Shown here: piece after piece, positions 1 to 10,658 of the stretch
How positions within the stretch are numbered: the first letter of the stretch is position 1
Layout: every line of letters starts with the position of its first letter
DNA from: Fuerstiella sp.
GTDB taxonomy: Bacteria > Planctomycetota > Planctomycetia > Planctomycetales > Planctomycetaceae
Direction: 5' to 3'
Assembly (NCBI GenBank): GCA_029941865.1
Contig: JAPYTO010000003.1
Location: 3,960 to 67,959, forward strand
DNA length: 64,000 nucleotides
The notes under the pieces: model-generated
Databases searched by the model: none
Told to the model about the DNA's origin: nothing
Seen by the model: the letters and a program-made list of their open reading frames with translations, nothing else
Program-made: the position numbers and the translations under genes

Positions 1-13
1 CGATGACATCCAC

Positions 14-72
14 GTAAGTCAGGACCTTTCCTGACGCGCCCTCCAACATCGCCAGGACAGGTCCGGACCTAC
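14..72. repeat. REP-like imperfect palindromic element, copy 1 (upstream of sulfatase 1)
   Basis: The sequence gtaagtcaggacctttcctgacgcgcc...cgccaggacaggtccggacctac has arms that are near reverse complements. It belongs to the same family as the copies at 195..252, 1680..1771 and 3297..3351. Confidence 0.7.
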
Positions 73-146
73 AAGAACTTGAAACCGGACGCGTAAAATT
101 GACCATATCAGGAAGCCTCGTGATCGCTGGATTTCAAATCGCACAC

Positions 147-1646
147 ATGGAACTTATTCTAATTACGCTGTCTCTCTTCCTTTCGAGCCACGTTGTAGGC
201 GAGGACCCGTCCCGGCGCCCCCCAACAGCGTCAGGACAGGTCCTGACCGACCTGACTGACGCGCCTCCCAATGTGCTGTTTATTGCGATCGACGATCTGA
301 ATGACTGGGTGGGCTGTCTGGACAGCCATCCTCAGGTGAAGACACCGAATATCGACGCGCTGGCAGCACGAGGAACTCTGTTTACCAACGCTCACTGTCA
401 GGCGCCAATTTGCAATCCATCCCGCACGAGTGTGATGACCGGGCTGCGGCCCTCGACAACCGGAGTGTATGGCCTGGCTCCGTGGTTTCGGACGGTGGAT
501 GAATGGAAGGGTCTGGTGACTTTGCCCCAGCATTTTTCGAACGCGGGGTATCAGACCTATACGGTTGGAAATATTTACCACGGTCGAAATTGGAACAGCC
601 AGGGCGTGAAAGAGTTTGATATCGTCGGAAAGACAGATCCTGGATTGAGGCCGAAAGAAAAACGGGTGACGACTCCTCGTGGTGGCGCAGGAATGGATTG
701 GGCTGTTTATCCCTACAAAGAATCGGATCACAAAGACTGGAAGACAGCCAGCTGGGCGGTGGAGCAGTTAGATAAAGGCCCCAAAGGCCCGTTCTTCATG
801 GCGGTGGGTTTTGCTCTGCCTCACGTGCCGTTGTTTGCAACGCAGAAGTGGTTCGATTTGTATCCAGAAGATGAAGTTATTTTACCTCGCATGCTTTTGG
901 ATGATCGCAGGGATACGCCCCGATTCAGTTGGTACCTCCATTGGAAGTTGCCAGAGCCACGTCAGAAGTTCCTGCTGCAGCAAGGCGAACAAATCAAGAT
1001 TGTGCAGGCCTATCTGGCCAGTGTGAGTTTTGTCGACAGCCAGGTTGGGCGAGTACTCGACGCGCTGGAACGAAATGACCTGGCAGATGACACCATTGTC
1101 GTTCTTTGGTCCGATCACGGATATCACCTGGGTGAAAAGCAAATTACGGGAAAGAACACGCTCTGGGATCGCTCCGCACGGGTGCCCTTAATTTTCTCCG
1201 GACCTGGCGTAACGGCGGGGCAAAAGTCCGGCCGGCCGGCAGAGCTATTGGACATGTATCCCACGTTGAGTGGGTTGGAGATTCCGGATCATCTGGAAGG
1301 ACTCAGCCTGGTTCCTCAATTGAACGACGCAAATGCGCCCAGAACGCGGCCCGCCATTACAACAGACAATCACGACAACCATGGTGTGCGTACAGAACGG
1401 TGGCGCTACATTCAATATGCAGATGGATCGGAGGAGCTCTACGACATGGTCAAAGATCCCAACGAATTCACCAACCTGGCGGGTGACTCACGATACTCTG
1501 CCGAGAAACTGGCTCTCAGAAAACAGCTTCCAAAAATCAACAGGAAACCGGTGCCCGGCAGCGCCAGGAGAATACTCATTTATGAAAATGGAGTCGCCAA
1601 TTGGGAGGGGGAAGACATCGATCCTAACGAGGCAATTCCCGATTGA
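147..1646 (+). CDS. Cys-type sulfatase (iduronate-2-sulfatase-like)
   Basis: This lies in ORF 99..1646, which has TTG at 99. The first ATG at 147 gives a signal-like N-terminus, MELILITLSLFLSS. It has the sulfatase block PNVLFIAIDDLNDW, the active-site motif C-N-P-S-R at 411..425 followed by TSVMTG, and the block WSDHGYHLGEK. Confidence 0.9.
   Translation: MELILITLSLFLSSHVVGEDPSRRPPTASGQVLTDLTDAPPNVLFIAIDDLNDWVGCLDSHPQVKTPNIDALAARGTLFTNAHCQAPICNPSRTSVMTGLRPSTTGVYGLAPWFRTVDEWKGLVTLPQHFSNAGYQTYTVGNIYHGRNWNSQGVKEFDIVGKTDPGLRPKEKRVTTPRGGAGMDWAVYPYKESDHKDWKTASWAVEQLDKGPKGPFFMAVGFALPHVPLFATQKWFDLYPEDEVILPRMLLDDRRDTPRFSWYLHWKLPEPRQKFLLQQGEQIKIVQAYLASVSFVDSQVGRVLDALERNDLADDTIVVLWSDHGYHLGEKQITGKNTLWDRSARVPLIFSGPGVTAGQKSGRPAELLDMYPTLSGLEIPDHLEGLSLVPQLNDANAPRTRPAITTDNHDNHGVRTERWRYIQYADGSEELYDMVKDPNEFTNLAGDSRYSAEKLALRKQLPKINRKPVPGSARRILIYENGVANWEGEDIDPNEAIPD
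195..252. repeat. REP-like element copy lying inside the sulfatase-1 reading frame
   Basis: The sequence gtaggcgaggacccgtcccggcgcccccaacagcgtcaggacaggtcctgaccgac matches copy 1 in both arms and loop. It encodes the linker between the signal-like peptide and the PNVLF block. Confidence 0.65.
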
Positions 1647-1679
1647 TTGGGTAGCCAGGATGATTATGCATTGAGTCAT

Positions 1680-1771
1680 GTAGGTCGGGACCTGTCCTGA
1701 CGCTTCGGTTTTTCCATGTCAGGAGATGGCCTACCGATTAAGCAGTGTTGCCATGACAGGTCCTGACCTAC
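1680..1771. repeat. REP-like imperfect palindromic element, copy 3 (expanded loop)
   Basis: The left arm gtaggtcgggacctgtcctgacgc and the right arm gacaggtcctgacctac pair as a hairpin. The element lies between the sulfatase 1 stop and the sulfatase 2 start. Confidence 0.75.
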
Positions 1772-1819
1772 GGAAACAAGAATCGTCGAGTCATTACGAT
1801 CTGAAGATAGGAAACCTCT

Positions 1820-3256
1820 ATGAAATTTGCTCGATCTACGCCGCTGATTGCCCTGCTGCTGATAGCCACGACGGACGTGTCTGCCTCTGCTGCTGAACAG
1901 CCCAATATCATCATCCTGTTTGCCGATGACCTCGGTTATGGGGAACTCAGCTGTCAGGGCAATCCCGAAATCCCCACGCCTCATATCGATATCATCGCGA
2001 AGAACGGCGTCCGTTTCACTGACGGCTATGTCGCTGGTCCCAATTGCAGTCCGTCCCGGGCGGGACTGCTGACCGGGCGAATTCCGACTCGGTTCGGATA
2101 TGAATTCAATCCCACCGGACCGCTCAATGAACAACCGGGCTTCGGCCTGCCGGTAAAGGAAGTCACAATCGCCGAAACCTTGCAGAACTCCGGATACACG
2201 ACCGGCCTGATCGGCAAATGGCATCAGGGTGGCACGGCCGACTATCACCCCTTTCGGCATGGCTTTGATGAGTTCTTCGGATTCCTGCATGAGGGCCATT
2301 ATTTTGTGCCGCCTCCTTACAAAGGTGTCACGACCATGCTGCGTCGCAAGACGCTGCCCGCTGGATTCACGGGCTGTTGGGTCGGCAACAAGGGACTCAT
2401 CTATACCAATCACATGGGCGGCAACGAGCCGGACTACGATGCCGACAATCCCATAACTCGCGGCGGTCAGCCCGTGGTCGAAACAGAATACCTGACCGAT
2501 GCGCTCACCCGCGAAGCCGTCGACTTCATCGATCGTCACGACGACAAACCCTTCTTTCTGTATCTGGCCTACAACGCAGTTCACAGCCCGCTGCAGGGGG
2601 CCGATGCCTACATGCAAAAGTTCTCGCACATCGAAGACATTCACCGGCGGATCTTTGCCGCCATGTTGTCTAACCTGGATGACAGCGTCGGTGCGGTCAT
2701 GAAGCAGTTGCGGGATTCAGGACTGGAAGAGAATACGATTGTCTTTTTCCTGAGCGACAATGGCGGCCCGACGCGCGAACTCACGTCCTCCAACCTGCCC
2801 CTTCGCGGAGGCAAAGGCACGCTGTACGAGGGCGGCGTGCGTATCCCGTTCATGGTGCAGTGGAAAGGAACAATTCCGCCCGGGCAGGTCTACCACAAGC
2901 CGGTCAGTTCGTTCGACATTTATGCCACCGCCGCAGCCAACAGTGAAGGCGTCACCGCACCGAAGCAGGTTGAGGGTGTCGATCTGGTTCCCTTCCTCAC
3001 TGGAAAAGACGCGGGCACTCCGCACGAAACGCTCTTCTGGCGACAGGGTGGCAAGTGCGGCCTGCGTCACGGCGATTGGAAAGCGGTTCGCATGGGAGGC
3101 CGAAAGGCGACCGGAAAAGCGAGGTGGGAACTCTACGACCTCTCGAAGGATCTGTCCGAAGAAACGAATCTAGCGACTTCAAACCCCGAGCGTCTGGCCG
3201 AATTGGTGGCCATCTGGGACAAGATAAACGGCGAAATGAGTGAGCCGTTGTTTTAG
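1820..3256 (+). CDS. Cys-type arylsulfatase
   Basis: It has the signal peptide MKFARSTPLIALLLIATTDVSASA and the block IIILFADDLGYGE. The C-S-P-S-R motif is at 2045..2059, followed by AGLLTG, and an LSDNGGP block is present. Confidence 0.93.
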   Translation: MKFARSTPLIALLLIATTDVSASAAEQPNIIILFADDLGYGELSCQGNPEIPTPHIDIIAKNGVRFTDGYVAGPNCSPSRAGLLTGRIPTRFGYEFNPTGPLNEQPGFGLPVKEVTIAETLQNSGYTTGLIGKWHQGGTADYHPFRHGFDEFFGFLHEGHYFVPPPYKGVTTMLRRKTLPAGFTGCWVGNKGLIYTNHMGGNEPDYDADNPITRGGQPVVETEYLTDALTREAVDFIDRHDDKPFFLYLAYNAVHSPLQGADAYMQKFSHIEDIHRRIFAAMLSNLDDSVGAVMKQLRDSGLEENTIVFFLSDNGGPTRELTSSNLPLRGGKGTLYEGGVRIPFMVQWKGTIPPGQVYHKPVSSFDIYATAAANSEGVTAPKQVEGVDLVPFLTGKDAGTPHETLFWRQGGKCGLRHGDWKAVRMGGRKATGKARWELYDLSKDLSEETNLATSNPERLAELVAIWDKINGEMSEPLF

Positions 3257-3296
3257 ATCCGTGGATTCGAACGCTGCGTGATCGTCTTGAGCAGCT

Positions 3297-3351
3297 GTAG
3301 GCCAGGATCTGCCCGGGCGCTTCGTTATTGTCAGGACAGATCCTGACCTAG
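3297..3351. repeat. REP-like imperfect palindromic element, copy 4
   Basis: The sequence is gtaggccaggatctgcccgggcgcttcgttattgtcaggacagatcctgacctag. It ends 15 nt before the sulfatase 3 start. Confidence 0.75.
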
Positions 3352-3365
3352 GGAAACCAAATCGA

Positions 3366-5384
<2,019 letters not shown>

Positions 5385-5434
5385 GCGACGACTTGCCGCG
5401 GAACTGAAGTCCGGAGCCATGGGTGCCCTCGGCC

Positions 5435-5930
5435 TCAAGGTAAAGGCCCGCAGCAGCTGTGAACTGCCAGCGAAGCGAGGCGATCCGAAATGACGTAACC
5501 AGTGAGTTTGGGATCAGGATTCAAGAGATGAGAATCCGACGGGCAGTAACAGTCGGACTCGCCCCTTCGAGCCACCGCGAAGCCGGACTTATCTCGCGCG
5601 AGGTGCAGGAATTCGTTAACGCGTTCACCGAACTGCTCAACGTCTTCGATGGAGACGACGGTTCGCGTCACCTGTTCGCGCTAGCTATGGCTCCGGAATC
5701 GTCCGCGTTCGAGCCGCATCCCGAATCGCCGCTCGGTTGGCTGACGTCATAGGCACGCGTTCCCGGACCCAGGTTTCCGACGACGTAAGTGATTGAACAA
5801 CCAACGTGACCTTTTTCTGTGGCGGATTTTTCATGCCGGTCAACAGCTCGACGAGGTCCTCTTCGAATCGTTTACGCCACAAAACTCCATAGGTCCGCCG
5901 GCTGAAAGCCACGATCTCGGCGGCCGAATT
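5435..5930 (-). pseudogene. Degraded, truncated paralog of the N-terminal module of gene 7370..9025
   Basis: The three ORF pieces (the tail of 5840..7303, then 5685..5912 and 5435..5671) together align to residues SPFAAVRW...FLHLAQVNAGF of gene 7370..9025. There is nucleotide-level similarity between 5565..6020 and 8337..8805. One base is missing near 5918..5930, and a stop codon occurs near 5682. Confidence 0.7.
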
Positions 5931-7246
5931 TCGTCCAGCGACACAAGTTTAAACCACTCCTCACCGAGCCTCACTTCCGGTTGGGATTCCCGCCACCGCA
6001 CCGCTGTGAAGGGAGACGTCTTATCACCTGCCTGCTGCGGCGGTGCGTGGTGTGAGAGTTCGGCCGGGAAGTGAGCCTTCACAATTTCCCACGCGGCTGC
6101 TTCGGCCTTTTTACGGTCGCCGTCGTTCGATGTGATGGCGACCACCATTTTCTTTTCGGGGATGAACACCACCAGCGCGTACCACATCGTGTTCGACCCG
6201 TTGTGCCAGTACACCGTGTGCGGGATTTCCGTACTCGGCTCTTTCTTCACCCAGCCGCATGCGTATTGATCGATCACGGGTGCATGAAGCAGTTTGTAGG
6301 TCTCGGCGGAAAGAAGCTGGCCCGCACCAAGGTCGCCACTCAGGTGTTCGGTTGCGTAAGTACACAGATCGTTAAGAGTCATGTGAACGATACCGGCAGG
6401 GCCGATAATCGGTGTGTTGTCTGCATCGTCGGAAAGCCCAACTTTCAACCCAAGAACCGTACGGTGACCTCGCGGCTGTTCGAGCTTTTCGGCCGAGCTC
6501 TTCGGCGGTCCGAACCCCACGCCCATGAGCTTCAGCGGCTCAAACACTTCTCGCTTCACCAGATCTTCCCAGGTCGCTCCAGTCGCCTCTTCCGCCATCG
6601 CCCCTGCGATTGTGTAGCCAACATTCGAGTACGCAAACTTCTGTCCCGGCGGGTGTGCGGGTTTGTTCGCGACAACGTTCAGCACCTCTTCTCGACGCGC
6701 CTTTGTGCATTCGAGTCCGAGCGCAGGTCGTTTAAAATTTACCAGAACAGAGAAGTTCGCTGGCGCGCCTGCGGTGTGTGTCAGCAGTTGTATAAGAGTG
6801 ACCGGCTTCCAGTCTTCGTGGATTGATTCGTCAGGAAAACACTTGCCGATCGAGTCTGACCATTGCATCCGGCCCGATTCGACCAGTCGCGCGATCATCG
6901 TGGCGGTGATCGACTTGGTGACCGACCCCAGGTGCCAGCGATCGCCGATCTCAAGCCACACGCCACTGCCTGTCTTCCGCTCCCCGTCGACCGCAGAATC
7001 CACGACTTTCCCGTCGACCATGACCATCCCGGCGAGGCCAACAAGTTTGTTTTCCTGACGAAGCCTGGTCGTCAACTCCGTGAGTGGGGCTTCGTTGTCG
7101 TTGCCTGCAGCTGCCTGACCATGGCTGGAATCCGGAAAACTGCCTGCCAGCGAAATCAACACGATCGCTACGCCGCACAGACGACTTCCGAATAACGGTC
7201 GCCGAAGCTTCCCTGACCCTTTGACGCTTTCTGAAATTCTGATCAT
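5840..7246 (-). CDS. Serine hydrolase, beta-lactamase / PBP family (class C-like)
   Basis: The ATG at 7246 is preceded by ggggag. The N-terminus is a signal anchor. S-V-T-K (LGSVTKSITA), Y-S-N and HNGS motifs are all present. The 3' end runs into the frameshifted duplicated module. Confidence 0.8.
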   Translation of the reverse strand: MIRISESVKGSGKLRRPLFGSRLCGVAIVLISLAGSFPDSSHGQAAAGNDNEAPLTELTTRLRQENKLVGLAGMVMVDGKVVDSAVDGERKTGSGVWLEIGDRWHLGSVTKSITATMIARLVESGRMQWSDSIGKCFPDESIHEDWKPVTLIQLLTHTAGAPANFSVLVNFKRPALGLECTKARREEVLNVVANKPAHPPGQKFAYSNVGYTIAGAMAEEATGATWEDLVKREVFEPLKLMGVGFGPPKSSAEKLEQPRGHRTVLGLKVGLSDDADNTPIIGPAGIVHMTLNDLCTYATEHLSGDLGAGQLLSAETYKLLHAPVIDQYACGWVKKEPSTEIPHTVYWHNGSNTMWYALVVFIPEKKMVVAITSNDGDRKKAEAAAWEIVKAHFPAELSHHAPPQQAGDKTSPFTAVRWRESQPEVRLGEEWFKLVSLDEIRPPRSWLSAGGPMEFCGVNDSKRTSSSC

Positions 7247-7369
7247 GACGTACTCCCCATTGTCGTAGTCAAGCCACAGGTCCGCGTCGCCTGAGAATCT
7301 CAAACCCTGCGATCCTGATGGCGGTTATAAGGCCATCACAGTCTGCCAATACAAAACGATGCGTCCGCT

Positions 7370-9025
7370 CTAGAAATCCCGATACGGCAGTGAGCGGCAG
7401 AGTCGAAACAGCTGATCCAGGACTTCGTCAATGTCGTCTGTCTTGCGGACATTGCCCAACGCAATGATGACCAGGTCATCTTCCGGAATACGCATAATCC
7501 TGCTGAAGTACCCGTAATTTCCGCCGGTGTACGTCTGATAAACGCGGCCGTCCAGACCCGACTTCTTGACGATCCATCCGCACGCGTAGTATTCCCTGGC
7601 CGGCTGAAACAGCCTGGTCTTCTGCTCCGCGGAAAGAAGGCGGTCACCCGCCAGGACTCGGTCCCACCGCACCAGGTCGTTCGCGCTCGCATAGATCCCG
7701 CCGCTGCCGTACCCTGAACCATAATTTTGCCCGCTGTCGGTGCTCACAAAGGACGGCTCACTCGATCGGGAATCCAGTGACACCCGGCTGACGGATTCGG
7801 CCACTCTGGCTTCGTCCGGCGGTTGAGAGATCCGAGCGACGCCGGACTGCCTGAGCCCCAGCGGTTCGAACAATCTTTCCTGCATGAAGTCGGCATACTC
7901 TTCACCCGTGATTCGGACAATGAGTGCCGAAAGGATGCGGTATCCGACGTTTGAGTACAGGCGACGCTGGCCGGGCTGGAATTTGAGCGGGCACTCGCAG
8001 GCGAGTCGTACATAGTCGTTGACAGGTGTGGGCGCCCTGGACATGGCAACCCAGCGAGCACGTCCTGTCGCATCTTCGGGAATCCGAGGTAGCCCTGACG
8101 TGTGGGTCAACAAATGATAAATCGTGATCCCGCGGTACGCTTCTGCTTCAAATTCCGACAGGTAGCGGTGTACGGGATCGTCGACGCTGAAGTTGCCATC
8201 CGCCTCGAGGGTAAGGATCGCGGCGGACGTGAAAGACTGGGAGAGCGCGGCGATTCGAAATGGCGTATCCAGCGAGTTCGGGATTCGGGATGCAAGATGT
8301 GAAAATCCGAATGTGCCCTGATAGTCCGGTGCGCCGCCTCGAGCCACCATAACGACCCCGGAGAAGCCCGCGTTGACCTGCGCGAGGTGCAGGAATTCGT
8401 CGATGCGTTTCCTGAACTGCTCAGTATTGTCGATAGAGACGGCGGTATGTGCCACGCGTTCGCGCCGCGACTCCGCAGTCGTCCGCTCATGGGCCGCATT
8501 CCAAATCGCCCGTCGATTCGCATACGTCATGGGGACGTCTTCCCGGACCGACGTCTCCGACGATGTCAGTGACTGAACAACCAGCGTGACCGTGTCCTGC
8601 GGCGGATGCTTCATGCCGGTCAGCAGCTCGACGAGGTCCTCTTCGAATCGTTTGTGCCACCGGTTCCCATAGGTCCGCCTGCTGAAAGACACGATCTCGG
8701 AGGCAGGAATTTCGTCCAGCGACACAAGCTTAAACCATTCCTCACCGAGCTTAACTTCCGGTTGATATTCCTGCCATCGCACCGCGGCGAAGGGAGATCT
8801 AACCGGATATCCGTCACCTGTTATGAAATTGGGGTCCATGTTGATCATAGCGAACATGATCGACCCAAATCCCATCAACGCCATCACGCCAATAGCAAAG
8901 CTGGCCGCAAAACGACGTGGCGTCATACACGTTTTCTCTGACAGGGACACAACCGATGCCGTCAAATTGTCATGCGTGTCGGCGCTGGCCATTTCATCAC
9001 TGAGACTTGTGAGCAGTGTCAACAA
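7370..9025 (-). CDS. Membrane-anchored beta-lactamase-fold protein, probably non-catalytic
   Basis: A TM segment FAIGVMALMGFGSIMFAMI is followed by a ~150-aa module and then a beta-lactamase fold. The expected SxxK position reads FRIAALSQSFTS (Ala and Gln). Y-S-N is retained. The third motif is YTGG. The start is uncertain (TTG 9025, ATG 8992 or ATG 8926). Confidence 0.75.
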   Translation of the reverse strand: MLTLLTSLSDEMASADTHDNLTASVVSLSEKTCMTPRRFAASFAIGVMALMGFGSIMFAMINMDPNFITGDGYPVRSPFAAVRWQEYQPEVKLGEEWFKLVSLDEIPASEIVSFSRRTYGNRWHKRFEEDLVELLTGMKHPPQDTVTLVVQSLTSSETSVREDVPMTYANRRAIWNAAHERTTAESRRERVAHTAVSIDNTEQFRKRIDEFLHLAQVNAGFSGVVMVARGGAPDYQGTFGFSHLASRIPNSLDTPFRIAALSQSFTSAAILTLEADGNFSVDDPVHRYLSEFEAEAYRGITIYHLLTHTSGLPRIPEDATGRARWVAMSRAPTPVNDYVRLACECPLKFQPGQRRLYSNVGYRILSALIVRITGEEYADFMQERLFEPLGLRQSGVARISQPPDEARVAESVSRVSLDSRSSEPSFVSTDSGQNYGSGYGSGGIYASANDLVRWDRVLAGDRLLSAEQKTRLFQPAREYYACGWIVKKSGLDGRVYQTYTGGNYGYFSRIMRIPEDDLVIIALGNVRKTDDIDEVLDQLFRLCRSLPYRDF

Positions 9026-9034
9026 CGCCGCGCG

Positions 9035-10111
9035 TCACGGTTCAAGCTTCGACCGTACGCCGTATTGAGTCGATAAATACACAAAATAAAACACCACAAA
9101 TACCACGGCAACAGTTCCCAGGGCGTCGAGAGCATCCGACCAGTATTCATGTTGTTTCAACCATTCCACATGGGCAAAGAACGCCAGGATGGAAATAGAA
9201 AGCGGCAATAAATCCCACCAGAAAATATTCCGCATCAGCCAGATTTGATTCTCCTGATCGCTCAATGACTCCTTCACACACTGAAGCAGCGGATCACCAG
9301 GCTCACTGGGCTTCTGTTGGTGACGCCTTCGATAGATCAGTCTGAACCCGACATACCAAACAAGCACGGGCACTGTCAGATACCACGTCCACGGCAACGC
9401 ATGCGCGGCGCCCATATAGAACCACAATGCCAGCAACAGAAGTACGAACCCAAATTCCGCGAAATCGCCCCAGATGATCTCAGCTCGGAAATTTCGTTGG
9501 GATCGCTGCACTTCTTTGAGTAGTAAGTTGGCATCAATCGTGACACGCGTCTGCGACGAATGCGCCTGCCATGCCTGCTGATAATTGTCAGGTCCATGTG
9601 ATTTCCCATTCATCAGTACATTCAGAGCTTTCTTCGCTCTATTCAGCTTCACGCCAACGTTGCTTTCTGAGATGCCGAGTACTTCAGACATCTCCTGATA
9701 GCTCAGTTCGTCCAGATACAGCAGCACCAACGCCGCATCCGTTTTCGGCAACTGGTTGATTGCTGTGTAGAGCTGTTCAACGGTATCTCGATGCTGAGCC
9801 TGCACGGTACTGTCAATCCCCTCAGTGGACAGAGCTTGCACCTCCACCAATGGTTGTTGTCTTGACCGGCGAGGTCTGTCCTTTCTGTGCCAGTTCATCG
9901 CGGTGTGCAGAGCCACCCGATAAAACCAGGTCGCCGCGCTGGCCTTACCCTCAAATTTGGGCAAGGATTTCCAGGCCTGTAGCAGAATTTCCTGTGCCAG
10001 GTCCTGACATTCCTCACTGGTCAGTGTGTAAGCGCGCGCCACTTTCATGACTGAGGAGCCATGCTCGCCAAGCCAGTTCATGAATAGTGACTGTTGTTCT
10101 TCGTCACGCAA
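9035..10111 (-). CDS. ECF sigma-70 family factor fused to a C-terminal 4-TM domain
   Basis: Region 2 reads DLAQEILLQAWKSLPKF...WFYRVALHTAMNWHRK. Region 4 reads LYLDELSYQEMSEVLGISESNVGVKLNRAKKAL. About 190 aa follow, containing four hydrophobic helices. The TTG start at 10111 has gagg 7 nt upstream; the alternative ATG is at 10081. Confidence 0.8.
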   Translation of the reverse strand: MRDEEQQSLFMNWLGEHGSSVMKVARAYTLTSEECQDLAQEILLQAWKSLPKFEGKASAATWFYRVALHTAMNWHRKDRPRRSRQQPLVEVQALSTEGIDSTVQAQHRDTVEQLYTAINQLPKTDAALVLLYLDELSYQEMSEVLGISESNVGVKLNRAKKALNVLMNGKSHGPDNYQQAWQAHSSQTRVTIDANLLLKEVQRSQRNFRAEIIWGDFAEFGFVLLLLALWFYMGAAHALPWTWYLTVPVLVWYVGFRLIYRRRHQQKPSEPGDPLLQCVKESLSDQENQIWLMRNIFWWDLLPLSISILAFFAHVEWLKQHEYWSDALDALGTVAVVFVVFYFVYLSTQYGVRSKLEP

Positions 10112-10658
10112 TACAAAACCTCAGACGGGACGGCCCGCATACCGACGCGAGCTAACGTTCGGAATTTCCAATGAGCAGGAGCACTGTGCCCGATAGTGAC
10201 AGGGGATGACTCTCATTCCAGACTTATTGGTAACTCCAACAAGCGTTTACTTACAAAAAACATATGCCGGAAACAACTTTCTGATGAGGAAGGTGAACAG
10301 ATCTGTCCAATGGGCACGCCCACGGCGTTTGCCGTTTCTTAGTTCCACACCATATTTCGGCGTTGAGTTTATCCATTTTCCATTCCAGCGGCTTCCTATC
10401 AGAATTCATGAAGACACGTGCTTTGACCTGCTGCCGGGGCGTTCGACGTAACAGTCGCTGTTTTCCGCCATCGAATTTGCCTTTCGTAACTGCCACTCGT
10501 AGACTGACCCTGATGATCGGTTCGATAGGTTGGCAGTTCCTCAGATGTCGACGATCGTCGTGATTCCTTTCACAGTGGTGTAAGCCGACCGCCATCGGCG
10601 AATTCGACTGAACACTCAGGGCGGCGCGTAGTTGGCCAGCACGGTCAGGAATTCATTT

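Noticed and set aside
1676-2644. A long antisense ORF (322 aa) lies opposite sulfatase 2. Similar long antisense ORFs lie at 10845..11702, 19093..20310, 39487..40164 and 46077..46880.
   Set aside because: They are Arg/Gly/Ser-rich with no recognisable motifs. They lie fully inside strongly supported genes on the other strand. These are typical shadow ORFs of GC-rich coding DNA.
3262-3280. gtggattcgaacgc resembles a tRNA T-arm (GGTTCGAATCC).
   Set aside because: No acceptor stem, anticodon arm or D-arm can be built around it on either strand. No tRNA is called anywhere in the window.
10251-10595. A 114-aa minus-strand ORF in the slightly AT-richer divergent region between the sigma-TM gene and moxR. 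I considered it as a toxin or transposase remnant.
   Set aside because: It has no recognisable family motif, no SD-like site, and an odd composition (His/Arg/Cys-rich start). It more likely lies in the divergent promoter region. I could not support a call.
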